From the human T2T-CHM13v2.0 reference genome, Homo sapiens: 64,000 bases of DNA. The stretch lies in assembly GCF_009914755.1 (NCBI RefSeq), contig NC_060943.1; one strand, given 5' to 3'. Made by a program: the position numbers and the translations under genes. Under the pieces are notes generated by a model. That model was not told the origin of the DNA and did not search any database. It was given only the letters and a program-made list of their open reading frames with translations. Of this stretch, positions 1-14,029 are shown in pieces. How positions within the stretch are numbered: the stretch's first letter is position 1; each line of letters begins with the position of its first letter.

Positions 1-2
1 AT

Positions 3-1691
3 GGCTCCAATCAGAAATTACCCTTAGGAGAGAAACCCCATCCATGTGGTGAGTGTGGAAGGGGCTTCAGTTATAGCCCAAGGCTTCCCCTTCATCCGAA
101 TGTTCATACAGGAGAAAAATGCTTCAGTCAAAGCTCACATCTGCGAACTCATCAGAGAATTCACCCAGGAGAGAAACTCAATAGATGTCATGAATCTGGT
201 GATTGCTTCAATAAGAGCTCTTTTCATTCTTATCAATCTAATCATACAGGAGAGAAGTCTTATAGATGCGACAGTTGCGGCAAGGGATTCAGTAGCAGCA
301 CGGGTCTTATCATTCATTACAGAACTCATACTGGAGAGAAACCCTATAAATGCGAGGAATGTGGTAAATGCTTTAGTCAAAGTTCAAATTTTCAGTGCCA
401 TCAGAGAGTCCACACTGAAGAAAAACCATACAAATGCGAAGAGTGTGGTAAGGGCTTCGGTTGGAGTGTTAATCTCCGTGTTCACCAGAGGGTCCACAGG
501 GGTGAGAAGCCCTATAAATGTGAGGAATGTGGTAAGGGCTTCACTCAGGCTGCACATTTTCACATCCATCAGAGAGTCCACACTGGAGAGAAACCCTACA
601 AGTGTGATGTGTGTGGTAAGGGCTTCAGCCACAATTCACCATTAATATGCCATCGGAGAGTCCACACAGGAGAGAAGCCATACAAGTGTGAGGCGTGTGG
701 GAAAGGCTTTACCCGTAATACAGATCTGCATATTCATTTCAGAGTTCACACGGGAGAGAAACCCTATAAATGTAAGGAGTGTGGTAAGGGCTTCAGTCAG
801 GCTTCAAATCTTCAAGTCCATCAGAATGTCCACACTGGGGAGAAACGATTCAAGTGTGAAACGTGTGGGAAGGGCTTCAGTCAGTCCTCAAAGCTTCAAA
901 CCCATCAGCGAGTCCACACTGGAGAGAAACCATATAGATGTGATGTGTGTGGTAAGGACTTCAGTTATAGTTCAAATCTTAAACTACACCAAGTAATTCA
1001 CACTGGAGAAAAACCATATAAATGTGAGGAATGTGGGAAGGGCTTCAGTTGGAGATCAAATCTTCATGCACATCAAAGAGTTCACTCAGGAGAAAAACCC
1101 TATAAATGTGAGCAGTGTGATAAGAGCTTCAGTCAGGCCATAGATTTTCGGGTACATCAGAGAGTCCATACTGGAGAGAAGCCATACAAATGTGGTGTCT
1201 GTGGTAAGGGCTTCAGTCAGTCCTCTGGTCTTCAATCCCATCAGAGAGTCCACACGGGGGAAAAGCCATACAAATGTGATGTGTGTGGAAAGGGCTTTAG
1301 ATACAGTTCGCAGTTTATATACCATCAGAGAGGCCACACTGGAGAAAAACCTTACAAATGTGAAGAGTGTGGGAAAGGCTTTGGTAGGAGCTTGAATCTT
1401 CGCCATCATCAGAGGGTCCACACGGGAGAGAAACCCCATATATGTGAGGAGTGTGGTAAGGCCTTCAGTCTCCCCTCAAATCTTCGAGTCCACCTGGGTG
1501 TTCACACCAGGGAAAAACTCTTTAAATGTGAAGAGTGTGGTAAAGGCTTCAGTCAGAGTGCACGTCTTGAAGCCCATCAGAGAGTCCACACTGGAGAAAA
1601 ACCATACAAATGTGACATATGTGATAAGGACTTCCGTCACCGTTCACGTCTTACATATCATCAGAAAGTCCATACTGGTAAAAAGCTTTAG
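3..1691 (+). CDS. ZNF227: 3' part of final coding exon of a KRAB C2H2 zinc-finger protein (start lies upstream of window)
   Basis: Frame 3 is open from base 3 to TAG at 1689-1691; the ORF track shows only 609-1691. It has 17 tandem C-x2-C-x12-H-x3-H fingers with TGEKPY-type linkers, plus one isolated and two degenerate fingers upstream. The C-terminus ...[14 protein letters not shown] and the gene order match ZNF227 as recalled. Confidence 0.92.
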   Translation, partial: GSNQKLPLGEKPHPCGECGRGFSYSPRLPLHPNVHTGEKCFSQSSHLRTHQRIHPGEKLNRCHESGDCFNKSSFHSYQSNHTGEKSYRCDSCGKGFSSSTGLIIHYRTHTGEKPYKCEECGKCFSQSSNFQCHQRVHTEEKPYKCEECGKGFGWSVNLRVHQRVHRGEKPYKCEECGKGFTQAAHFHIHQRVHTGEKPYKCDVCGKGFSHNSPLICHRRVHTGEKPYKCEACGKGFTRNTDLHIHFRVHTGEKPYKCKECGKGFSQASNLQVHQNVHTGEKRFKCETCGKGFSQSSKLQTHQRVHTGEKPYRCDVCGKDFSYSSNLKLHQVIHTGEKPYKCEECGKGFSWRSNLHAHQRVHSGEKPYKCEQCDKSFSQAIDFRVHQRVHTGEKPYKCGVCGKGFSQSSGLQSHQRVHTGEKPYKCDVCGKGFRYSSQFIYHQRGHTGEKPYKCEECGKGFGRSLNLRHHQRVHTGEKPHICEECGKAFSLPSNLRVHLGVHTREKLFKCEECGKGFSQSARLEAHQRVHTGEKPYKCDICDKDFRHRSRLTYHQKVHTGKKL

Positions 1692-2103
1692 AAATGAGAA
1701 ATGTGTTACCAACTTTTGTCTGAATGCACATCTTCAAGTTTTTGGCTAGTCCATGCTGGTGGTAAACCCTGTAAAACTACTGAGAGTGGAAGGGGGTTTG
1801 TTCACACTTGGAATCTTTCTAACAAATCCATCAAGATGATAACACAGAACCATGAACAGGAATAGAACTCGTATTTAGGGGAGAAATAGGGCTGGTGGCT
1901 CTCTTGGTAAGATCTAGTTAATATAAATGATCACCTTTCATTGTGAATATATGCCTGAAGATAATGTGTGGAAGGATATTTGCCATATGCTAACTGGTTT
2001 TTTGGCCAGGGAGAGTTTTGGGTTATTATCCCTTTTCTTTAATTTTCATTTTATACTTACAGTGATCATTATTTTCATAAAAGCTGTAAAGCTATGAAAA
2101 ATG

Positions 2104-2109
2104 AATAAA
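2104..2109 (+). terminator. Polyadenylation signal of ZNF227
   Basis: AATAAA about 410 nt after the stop codon, followed by T-rich sequence. Confidence 0.6.
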
Positions 2110-2246
2110 ATTACTAAAAATTTTCTGTAGCTAAGGACTCATGATTCTTTTATATGGTATATAGGTGTAAAATTAAGGAATATATCCCCAGAGATGAATC
2201 TTTGATCTTCAGAAGTAAATTTATATCTGCCGTAGAGGTGTATTAA

Positions 2247-2602
<356 letters not shown>

Positions 2603-2869
2603 TCATTGTTTTAGTAGCAAACATAGAAATACTTGGATTGCCAAAGTATTTTGTGCTTTACCAATCCAGTGGCACACTATGCAGACATCAAATGGGAAAA
2701 GGTAAATTTTTAGCTGTGGATATTGGAAGATGTTCAGAATATATTAACTTGAAAAACAAAATGTGAGATTTTTATGTGATCCTATTTTGTAAAAACGCAT
2801 AGATGAATGGGTATTATAGTTCTCTCTAAATAATGGGATTTTACTTTATGTATATTTTTATATTTCTTT

Positions 2870-4250
2870 AAACTTATTTTGAAATAATTTGAAACTTTCA
2901 GAAAAATTACAGAAATTATATAAAAGCTCCCATATACTCTTTACCCAGATTCACCAGTTGTTAAGATGTTTGAATTATTCTCTCAATAAGTATGAGCGTG
3001 TATATACTGATACTTATACATACTAAACGCATTTATATATAAAGTTTTGCCATATGAATATGTTACAGACATCCTTCTCCCTACACTAAATACTTAAGTG
3101 TGCTTTCCTAAGAACAAGGATATCTACTTAGTTACAGTACAACATTCCAGTGATTTATTTATTTAGAGACAGGGTCTCATTCTGTTGCCCAGGCTGAGTG
3201 CAGGGTGGTGATTATAGCTCACCGCAGCCTTGAACTCCTGGGCTCAAGCAATCCTCCCCACTCAGCCTTTCAAGTAGCTGGGACTGCAGGCGTGGACCAC
3301 CATGCCCACCTAATTTTTAAGATTTTTGTAGAGATGGGCTCTCGCTATGTTGTCTAAGCTGGTATCGAACTCTTGGGCTTAAGTGATCGTTCCACCTCAG
3401 CCTTCCAAAATGCAAGGTTTACAGGCATGAGCCACTGCACCCAGAAAGAAAATTTATTATTGATACATAACACTATGTAACCTACAGACCTTATTTAAAT
3501 CTTAAAATTATCCCAATAATATATTTATTGTTTTTCTGCTCTAGAGTCCAAAGATTACACATTGCATTTAGACTCCTTTAATCTGAGTTGCTACCTCTGT
3601 TTTTAATGACCTTGATATTTTTGAGATTATTTTGTAGAATGTCTCTTAATTTGGATTTGCCTGAGGTTTCCTTACAATTGGATTTAAATTACACATTTTT
3701 TTCCCATGAGTACTCTGTAAGTGGTGTGCAGCACGTGAGGAAACGAGGTATGTTTGTACCTTTATAGGTGATGTTAACTTGGAACACTTGATTGGGGAGG
3801 GCGGTGCTGGGTTTTTCCACTGCGAAATTACTATTTTTTTCTTTGTAATTAATAATTACAAAGGCAACTCCTGGGGAGACACTTTCTGACTCTAAATAGC
3901 TTGTTTTTCAGTAAATTTTCCTCCACTAGTTTAAGCATTCTGTAAGTCTGGTCTAAATCAGTAATTGCTCTGATGGTGCGAAAGTGTGATATATTCAACT
4001 TTCATCATTCCTCCAACACTTGTTAGATTGTTGTTCTACTCTAAGGAAGTTTCCCTTCTGTCCTGTTTGCCCATCATGTATTTTTAAATAAATTGGAGCA
4101 CATCTTTACTCTGACACAATACAGTGTTCCAAGCTCATCTTGTACCCTTCCTGCACCATCCATGGAATTTGCTGTTTCTTTGAGAACTCAGATTCTTCTG
4201 ATTGGGGGATGGTAGTTAAACATCAAGATCTGGGTAATAGCTGTGCCTTT
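2870..4250 (-). mobile_element. Ancient L1M 3' fragment interrupted by AluJ (about 3153-3444, -)
   Basis: T-rich antisense L1M-like 3' UTR sequence with an antisense Alu inside. Confidence 0.6.
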
Positions 4251-4603
4251 TTTTTTTTTTTTCCCTCTAGGAAGGAGGGGAAAGAGTTATACAGATAGGA
4301 AGAGAAGTAGAAAGGTAGAAAGAATTAATGATGAGTTCCTGCTTTTATCTCTAGTTCTTAAATTAATATCATAGTGTTTTTTTTCTAGCCTTACCCCCAT
4401 TCTATGTTGCATCTTCATTCTTCAAGAATCAGAAATTTGTCTCCCAGTATCATTCATATATTTACTGGGGAATGTGGACATGCATCCAACTAGAACTTGG
4501 GGGTTCTGTCTTTCAGAGACAACGGGAGTATTGGATGACTGATGCCAGAGATGATTTTTGAATGGCATAGTCTCCCAAACATTATAATTTTTCCTATTCT
4601 CAG

Positions 4604-4692
4604 GGTATTGACCCTTTAAACCAAATAAAATGTTCCCGTAGGGCCATGAAGAAAAGTATCTGATAGAAATATCCAAAGATAGATATATTCAG
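4604..4692 (+). pseudogene. Decayed orphan KRAB-B exon
   Basis: ttcctattctcag|GGTATTGACCCTTTAAACCAAAT...GAAGAAAAG...ATCCAAAGATAGATATATTCAG|atgaga aligns with the ZNF233 exon acag|GCTATCAACCCTTCAAACTAGAT...GAAGACAAG...ATCCAAGGAGATGGGTGTTCAG|gtgaga. It has two in-frame stops and a GT>AT donor. Confidence 0.7.
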
Positions 4693-5004
4693 ATGAGAGC
4701 CTTCCAGTCAATGTTTCCTTGCAGATAGTGTTAAGGAATGGTTTCTGGTGAAGTGTTGCGGAGCTCTCCTAGCCTGTGAGTGTCACGGATGCCATTGATT
4801 AGCATTGCTTTACTTTATTTACCTCTCATTCTCTGAACCTCTCATTCTCTGAACCTTCTCAGAGGTAGTTTGACAAAGTTCTCAAAGCACATCCCTCTAC
4901 TGCTTCTTGAGAGGACCAAGGCATTTTAGGAGAAACTAGTGTTAACGAGACCAAGTCAGAATATTGGTAATAAAGTAGTAGAGTATAATAGAAAGCAGAC
5001 TGTC

Positions 5005-5480
5005 AGCCAGGCACAGTGGCTCACACCTATAGTCTCAACTACTCAGGAGGCTGAGGTGGGAGGATCACTTGAGCCCAGGAGTTTGAAGCTGCAGTGAGCT
5101 GTGATTGGACCACTGCATTCCAGCCTGGGTGACAGTGAGACCCCATCTTGAAAAAGCCAACTGGGTGCAGTGGCTCCCGCCTTTAATCCCAGCACTTTGG
5201 CTGGCCGAAGTGGGTGGATCACCTGAGGTTAGGAGTTCCAGACCAGTCTAGTCAACATGGTGAAGCCCTGTCTCTACTAAAAATACAAAAAGTTAGCCAG
5301 GCGTGGTGGTTAGCCCCTGTAATCCTAGCTATTCGGCTGAGGCAGGAGAATCAATTGAACCCAGCAGGTGGATGTTGTAGTGAGCTCAGATCGTGCCATT
5401 GCACTCCAGCCTGGGCAACGAGTGAAACTCCATCTCAAAAAAAAAAAAAAAAAAAAAAAAAAGAAAAGAAGAAAAGAAAA
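5005..5480 (+). mobile_element. Alu monomer followed by full-length AluS
   Basis: Two Alu units in tandem (about 5005-5155 and 5160-5480) with a long A tail. Confidence 0.9.
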
Positions 5481-5745
5481 AGCCAACCCTGGAACCCTGG
5501 AATTAGACTTTCTTGCTCAGTGTAACCATTTGCTAGTTGCGTAACTGCAGGCAAAATGCTTAACCTCTCTATTCCTCAATTTGCTTGTGTCTTCAATGTT
5601 TGAGGATAATATCTTTTAGTTCTGTGGTAAGGGTTAAAACTATATGCCTGGCATATAGTAAGACCTGTATAGTGTTAACTATTATTTTCAACATAGATGT
5701 CACTATTACTAGATTTCTGCTAATTTATATTTGAAATTTCTAAGG

Positions 5746-5932
5746 AAGGGATCAGTAAACTATAGCCTGCTGGCCAAATCTAGCCTGTGTCCTCTCTTTG
5801 TACAACACGAGAGCTGAGATTTTAAATGTTTAAAGAGTTGTAAGAAAAAAAAAATGCTACAGAGACCATCTGTGGCCCGCAAGACTTAAAACATTACTGT
5901 CTGGCCCTTTTTAGGAAGTTTGCCGTTCTCTG
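5746..5932. mobile_element. MER58-like hAT MITE
   Basis: AGGGATCAGTAAACTATAGCCTG...AAGTTTGCCGTTCTCTG resembles MER58A termini. Confidence 0.65.
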
Positions 5933-6486
5933 ATCTAAGCAAATTTTAGTTTCTCAGAAGCCTTGCTTCTGAGATACATACATACTACAGATATGTATTA
6001 TCTCAATTCAGTACTTCTCAAATCTTTTAGGTTTAAAAAAAATGCTCGAATTGACATAAGAAAACACAAGCATATTTTTTACAGAAAATTGGGACCATAT
6101 ATGAAGCAATGTGCTGTGTGTCCAATGTGTAGTTAATCTGCAATTCTATGAATAAATGTTATTGTTTTTTTTTTTTTTTTGGTAAGTAAACTTAGGTTTT
6201 ACAGGTTTAAGTACCTTCCCTAAGTCAGTCAGTAGTGAATGTCACAACCACAGTTTGAACTCAGGTCTATCTTGCTGACTTCAAAACTACTCTTAAATGC
6301 TATGTGCATAAATTACATTGCAAGGCCAGAACTCCTAAGTTTACATTCTGTAGAGCATGCATCCCATTTCACACAAGTAAAGTGCAAATATAAGAATGGA
6401 ATATCCTTCAAAAAGAACGAAATTTGCCTAGGAAGTCTTTTGCTCCATTTCGACTCAGGCTTTTCCTATACTAAGTCAATAATCTA

Positions 6487-6667
6487 GGCAAGCTTGTCCA
6501 ACTTGCAGCCCAGGACAGCTTTGAAAGTGGCCCAACACAAATTCATAAACTTTCTAAAACATGAGATTGTTTTTGCAAATTTTTAAAGCTCATCAGCTAT
6601 TTTATGGGTGACCCAAGACAATTATTCTTCTAGTGTGGCCCAGGGAAGCTAAAAGATTGGACACCTC
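6487..6667. mobile_element. MER30-like hAT MITE
   Basis: GTGGCCCAACACAAATTCATAAACTTTC...GGGAAGCTAAAAGATTGGACACC. Confidence 0.7.
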
Positions 6668-6978
6668 GATCTAGGAGATATGTTTTGTATTTCCTATGTC
6701 CTTGATTACATTTCTGACCTCGTTGATGCCATTAATTTTTAAATATTTCTTCTTGTTTGATGATTAAAAATCCAATACTGAAAAATTAACTCAAATGTTG
6801 AAAAAGAACAGCCATGTTTGAAGCTTTAACCTAGCAGTTGTAACCTAACTGAATGTACCTCTTCCAACTGTAATTTTGCAGTCCACTTGAGGAAGGAATC
6901 CTTTTTAGGACTTACCTGAAACTATTTACTTGGCAGTTCCTCCACAAAATCAGGTTTATTTAAAAATATGCAGCTTTT

Positions 6979-7250
6979 TCCAGGCATGGTGGCTCATGCC
7001 TGTAATCTCAGCACTTTCAGAGGCTGAGGCAGGAGAATGGCTTGAACCCCGGAGTTCAAGACCAGCATGGGCAACATAGTGAGACCCCATCTCTACAAAA
7101 AAATCAAAAAATTAGCCGGGCATTGTGTCACGTGCCTATAGTCCCAGCTACAGGCTCAGTGGCTGAAGTGGGAGGATTGCTAGAGCCCAGGAGGTTGAGG
7201 CTGCAGTTGTGATGTTGCACTGCTCTCCAGCCTGGGGCCCTGACTCAGAA
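6979..7250 (+). mobile_element. AluJ-like
   Basis: Dimeric Alu with AluJ-type GCCCAGGAGGTTGAGGCTGCAG. Confidence 0.9.
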
Positions 7251-8107
7251 ATAATAATCTTAAAAATGCAGGTTTTAGGATAGCCATTCACTTGAAAATT
7301 CTAAGTTGGAGAGCCTTTTGACAATGTATACCCATATTTCTCTTCTCTTTTTCCCTCCCCCTTTTAAGTTGTGAGGTATAATTAACATACAATAAGCTGT
7401 ACATATTTAAAGTGTTCGATTTTTAAAGTTTTAATATGTGTATCTTTGAAACCATCACCACAATCAAGATAGCAAAAATATCCATCATTCTTCAAAGTCA
7501 CCTCATATCTCCCTTTTAATCTCCATTCTGCTCCTCCCCAATCCCCAAGCAACCACTGATCTTCTTTCTGACACTGTATAGTTTGCATTTTCTACAATTC
7601 TAACAAATGGAAACTGTACAGTATATACTTTTTTTCCTAACTTCTTGCAGAAAGAGATTCATCCTTGTTGTTTGTATAGAATTAATTCTTTATTACTGAG
7701 CATTACTGTAAGTGTGTAGATATACCATAATTTTTTTAAAAAAATCCATCTGTTGATGGGGATTTGAGTTCTCAAACTTTTGGCTATTATAAATGCTATG
7801 ACATGCTATGAACACTTGTTTGTGTACAAGTGTTTGCATGGAGATATGTATAGTCTAGAAATATATATATATATACCATATATAACTCGACTATATATTT
7901 TATCTTGGATAAATAGCTAGGAATTGAATAACTGGATCATATGGTAAATATATGTATAACTTTTATTGTATTTTTAATTTGGTATTTTTATTTATCAGAG
8001 TTATAGAAATTTGGAGGAGTACATGTGGTATTTCAATACATGTGTACAATGTGTAATGATCAAATCGGTGTAGTTGGGATGCCCATCACCCCAAACATTG
8101 TGTTTAA

Positions 8108-8406
<299 letters not shown>

Positions 8407-8920
8407 GTGTTTAACTTTTTAAGGAATTTCCACTCTTTTCCAAAGTGGGTGTGCTGTTTTACGTTTTCACCAGCAGTGTGCATCTTTCTTCACATTTTCA
8501 TCAAAATATGTAATGGTCGGTCTCTTTTAATTTTAGCCATTCTACCCTAGTAGTATCTCACTGTGTTTTTAATTTGCATTTTTCTAAACATGTTTTTCAT
8601 GTGCTGTTTTCCATTATCATATCTTTGGTAAAGTCTACTTAAATACTTTGCCCATTTTTTTATTGGGTTACTTGTTTTCTTATTGAGTTTTGTGGGTTCT
8701 TTGTATATTATTGATACAAGTGCTTTATCAGGTATGTGATTTCCAAAATTTTTTCACTCAGTCTGTGGTTAAGCAGAAGTTTAAAATTTTTATGAAGTCT
8801 AGTTTATCATAATTTTCTTTGATGTATCATGCTTTTGGTGTCATATCTAAGAAACCTTTGCCTAATCCAAGGTCTCAAAGACTTTCTCCTATGTTTTCTG
8901 CTAACTTTATAAGTTTAGGT

Positions 8921-9226
8921 GTTTTTTTTTTTTTTTTTTTTTTTTGAGACGGAGTCTCGCTCTGTCGCCCAGGCTGTAGTGCAGTGGCACGATCTCGGCT
9001 CACGGCAAGCTCCGCCTCCCGCGTTCACGCCATTCTCCTGCCTCAGCCTCCCGAGTAGCTGGGACTACAGGTGCCCACCACCACGCCCACCTAATTTTTT
9101 GTATTTTTAGTAGAGACGGGGTTTCACCATTTTAGCCAGGATGGTCTGGATCTCCTGACCTCGTGATCCACCCACCTCGGCCTCCCAAAGTGCTGGGATT
9201 ACAGGCGTGAGCCACCATGCCTGGCC
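8921..9226 (-). mobile_element. AluY
   Basis: CpG-rich, GCAAGCTCCGCCTCCC diagnostic; TSD AAGTTTAGGT at 8911-8920 and 9227-9236. Confidence 0.95.
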
Positions 9227-10621
9227 AAGTTTAGGTTTTACATACAGATGTATGATCCATTTTTAGATAATACTTATATATAATACAAAACACGTTTATT
9301 CATCTTAAAACTATGGATGTCCAGTTATGCCAACACCATTTGTTGAAAAAATGATCTTTTCTCCATTGAATTGACTTTGTGTCTTTGTCAAAAATCAATT
9401 GACCGTATATGAGTGGGCCTATTTCTGAACTCTCCATTCTAGCTCGTTGATCTTTTTGTCTCTTCACCATACACAGCCAGTTGTTCTTGATTACTAACAT
9501 AGCTTTATAGTAATTCTCTCTAAATCAGGTAGCACGAGTCTTCCAACTTTGCTTTTTCAAAATTGTTTTAGCTATTCTAGTTCTTTTGCTTTTTCATGTA
9601 AGTTGTAGAATCATCTTGTTGATTCTTTTAAAGAATATTTGCAGGGCTTTTAATGGGAAGTGTGTTGGAAGATTTGACTTCTTTAGTCTTCCAATAAGTG
9701 AAAATGGCATGTCTCTTCACTTATTTAGGTCTTTTATTTCATCAGTGATTTGTATTTTTCAGTACACAGATATTGCCTGTTTTCTTAGACTTGTACTTAA
9801 AAAATTCCTGAAAATTTTGTTCTGTTGTAAGTTTCTATTTGTTCATAATAGTATATAGAAATGCAACTTATTTATATTAACATTGTATATTAACATTGCA
9901 TCCCAGGACCTTTTGAAACTGATTTATTAGTTCTGGTAACTTTTTCATGCTTTATACATAATCATGTTGTATGCAAATGGAGACAGTTATTTCTTGTTTT
10001 CCAATATGTTTTCTGTTTCTTTGCTTGTTTCCCTAAGAGCTTTTTCTGCATCTACTAAGATGATTGAAGAGTTTTTGTTCTTTAGTCTATTAATATAGTG
10101 ACTTAACATTCATTTTAAAATGTTCGAACAACATTGCATTCCTGAGATAAACCTACTTAATCATGATGTAGTATTATTTTCATATATTCGACTTGCTGGT
10201 ATTTGTTGAAGAATTTTGTGTCTATGTTTATGAGGAATATTGATCTGTTGTCTTCATGCATTTTTCTAATTTTGGTAACAAGATAATGCTAGCCTTATAA
10301 AATGAGTTGGGAAGTGTTTTTCTCCTCTTTATTTTCTTCTTTTTCCTCAAAATGTTTGTGTAGAATTGGTAGTTTCTTTTCCCTTAAATGTTTGGTACAT
10401 ATAAGAGGCTTAGGCCTGGTGGTGGTGTTTCTGGAGGTGTTTTAACTTGAATTCAATCTCATTAATAGGTATAGGAATATTCAGGATGTCTGTTTATTCT
10501 TGAATAAATTTTGGTAGTTTTTCTTTTTTAAATACATTGTCTATTTCATCTAGGTTGTCACATATGGCATAAAGTTGTTCATAATATTTCCTTATTATCA
10601 TTTTAATGTCATTAGGATCTG

Positions 10622-10656
<35 letters not shown>

Positions 10657-10886
10657 TCCCAGGCTGGAGTGCAGTGGCACAATCTTGCATTCACAGCACC
10701 CTTTGCCTCCGGGGCAGGTTTAAGTGATTCTCCTGCCTCAGCCTCCTGGGTAGCTGGTATTTTTAGTAGAGAGGGGGTTTTGCCATGTTGGCCAGGCTGG
10801 TCTCAAACTCCTGACCCCTGAAGTGATCCACCTGCCTCAGCCTCCCAAAGTGCAGGGATTACAGGCGTGAGCCACTGCACCTGGCC
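10622..10886 (-). mobile_element. Alu whose tail is a (CA)n microsatellite
   Basis: (TG)n at about 10623-10654 sits in place of poly-T; 15-bp TSD TGTCATTAGGATCTG at 10607-10621 and 10887-10901. Confidence 0.85.
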
Positions 10887-11788
10887 TGTCATTAGGATCT
10901 GTAATCATATCCTTCTTTCAGTCCTACAACTGGTAATTTCTGTTTTGTTTTCTTGTTCTTTTCAAAGTTTATTGCTTTTTTTTCACTATTGTTATCCTTT
11001 TCGTTTGGTTGATTTCTGCTTTCATTTTTGTTGTTTTCTTCTTTCTTGCTTAGGGGTTTTTCTTTTTTCATAGACAGGGTCTCACTCTGTTACCCAGGCT
11101 AGTCTCAAACTCCTGGGCTCAAGCAGTTCTCCTGCCTTGGCCTCCCCCAAATCCTGGGATTACAGGTGTGAACCATTGCACCCAGCTTTTTTTTTTAAAG
11201 TTTATTAAGCTTAAAAAAGCTTAGATAATTGATGTAAGTTCCTTTTCTTCCAATATAAGCATTTCATGCTCTAAATTTTTCTCTAAATGCTGCCTTAGTT
11301 GCATTCTACAAGTTCTGATATGTTATCTTTTTATTTTTATTTCTTATTTTCCCTTTTCTCTTCTAACTCATGGGGTTTTTTTTGACCCATGGGTTATTTA
11401 ATTTCTAAGGGTAGTGGGGGATTTTCCTGAGATTGTTTTGTTATTGATTCTCATTTAATTTTGTTGTGATATGAGAATATACTTTGTGTGGTTTCAATTC
11501 TTTTAAATTGGTGCAGTGAATTACATGGCCCAGAGTATGATCCATCTTGGTGTATGTTTTAATGATGTTGATTAATAATGTTGTTGAGGTCTTCTATATC
11601 CTTACTGGTTTTCTTTTCTTTTTTCCATCACGGCAAGAGTTCATCATGACTTACTGGTTTTCTATTTGTTTTATTGATTAATGAGAATGAAATCTCCAGC
11701 TGTTAATTGTGGGTTGTTTAGTCTTTGTCTTTATCAGTTTTGGCTTTGTATATTTTGAAGCTCTGTTGTTTTGTGCATACACATTTAA

Positions 11789-12263
<475 letters not shown>

Positions 12264-12470
12264 TTAATTTGATTATTGTTGCTTTATTCTCCAATCTGAT
12301 GATTTGTTATAATTGGTATGTTTATGTCATTTATATATCATTTAGTAATTGATATGGTCAGATATAAATCTATTTTTGGTTACCTTCTTTGTTTCTTTTC
12401 CTTTTGTTACACATTTTTTGCTAATTTTTAAATATGATTTCATATCGTATCCACAATTAGCTTATTTTTA

Positions 12471-12697
12471 CAGGCTGAATATCCCTTACCCAAAATGTTT
12501 GGGATTAGGAGTGTTCAGATTTCGGATTTTTTCAGATTGTGGAATATTTGTATTGTAGTTATCAGTTGAGTATTTGCAGTCTGAACATCTGAAATCCAAA
12601 ACACTCCCATCAGCATTTCCTTTGAGTTGTCATGTAAGCACTCAAAAAAATTCAGATTTTACAGCATTTGGATGTTCAGGTTGGGGTACTCAACCTG
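12471..12697. mobile_element. Tigger4/MER46-like Tc1-mariner MITE
   Basis: TIRs CAGGCTGAATATCCC / GGGGTACTCAACCTG flanked by TA. Confidence 0.8.
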
Positions 12698-13564
12698 TAC
12701 CTCTTTTCATTATTGTTTTAGCGTTTACTGTAGAATTTACAATATTCATCTATAGTTAATGACAGCCTCTCTTTAAATAATATATACTATTTTATTTATT
12801 TTATTTCACTAGGTTTTTGGGAAACAGGTGGTGTTTGGTTAATGAGATTTTGAATATATACTCTTTACTTATACAACTGTACACTCCCAATTCCTTCCTT
12901 CAAACTTTTGTCCAATTGTCAAGCATTTGTCGTTGGCATATGCTATAAAGCCACAGTACATTGCTATTATTTTTGCTTTAGGAGTCAAGTGTCTTTCAGA
13001 GCAATTAAAAGTTAAATTCTTAACTGCTTCTGGAAATCGTCATTACTTTGCAAGTTTACCAAATTTTATATAGCATCCTTTCTGTTTGAAGAACTTTCTT
13101 TAATGTTTCTTGTACTGCTGGTTGGCTGCTACTGAATTTTTTCAGTTTTTGTCTTAAAAAGTTTTCATTATATCTTCATTTTCGAGGGATATATTTGCTG
13201 GGTATGGAATTATGTGTTGTTGTTTTTTTCTTTCTATACTCTTTGTATTCTGGTTTGCATAGTTTCTAATGAGACATGTCCTGTAATTCTCATCTTTGAT
13301 TCTTTGTATGTATTGTGTCTCCTCACCCATCCCCTGCCTTTGGCCGCCTTCAAAATTTTCTCTTTATTTTGAATTTACTGCAGTTTCAATATGATGTGTC
13401 TAGGTGTGATTGTTTTTATTTTTATTTTAAAAATACAGATACTACCATTGAAAATCCACAGAAATATATTCATTCACCTAGAAACTCTTGTTTCTTACTA
13501 CATTCTTCATGTAATAAACCAAAGGATGGAAGGGTGTATATTTTAGTACATTAGAAAAAGCTCA

Positions 13565-14029
<465 letters not shown>

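Noticed and set aside
300-1680. 84-bp periodic repeat-spacer pattern resembling a CRISPR-like array
   Set aside because: It is the conserved TGEKPY linker alternating with variable recognition helices in a eukaryotic coding exon.
46-1749. Long alternative-frame and antisense ORFs over finger exons ([10 protein letters not shown] repeats; also 38800-39576, 52021-53472)
   Set aside because: Expected shadows of the 84-bp C2H2 repeat codon usage; the longest ones checked start at GTG, and there is no independent coding evidence.
4422-4676. 84-aa minus-strand ORF in unique sequence
   Set aside because: No motif; the region is better explained by the plus-strand KRAB-B relic.
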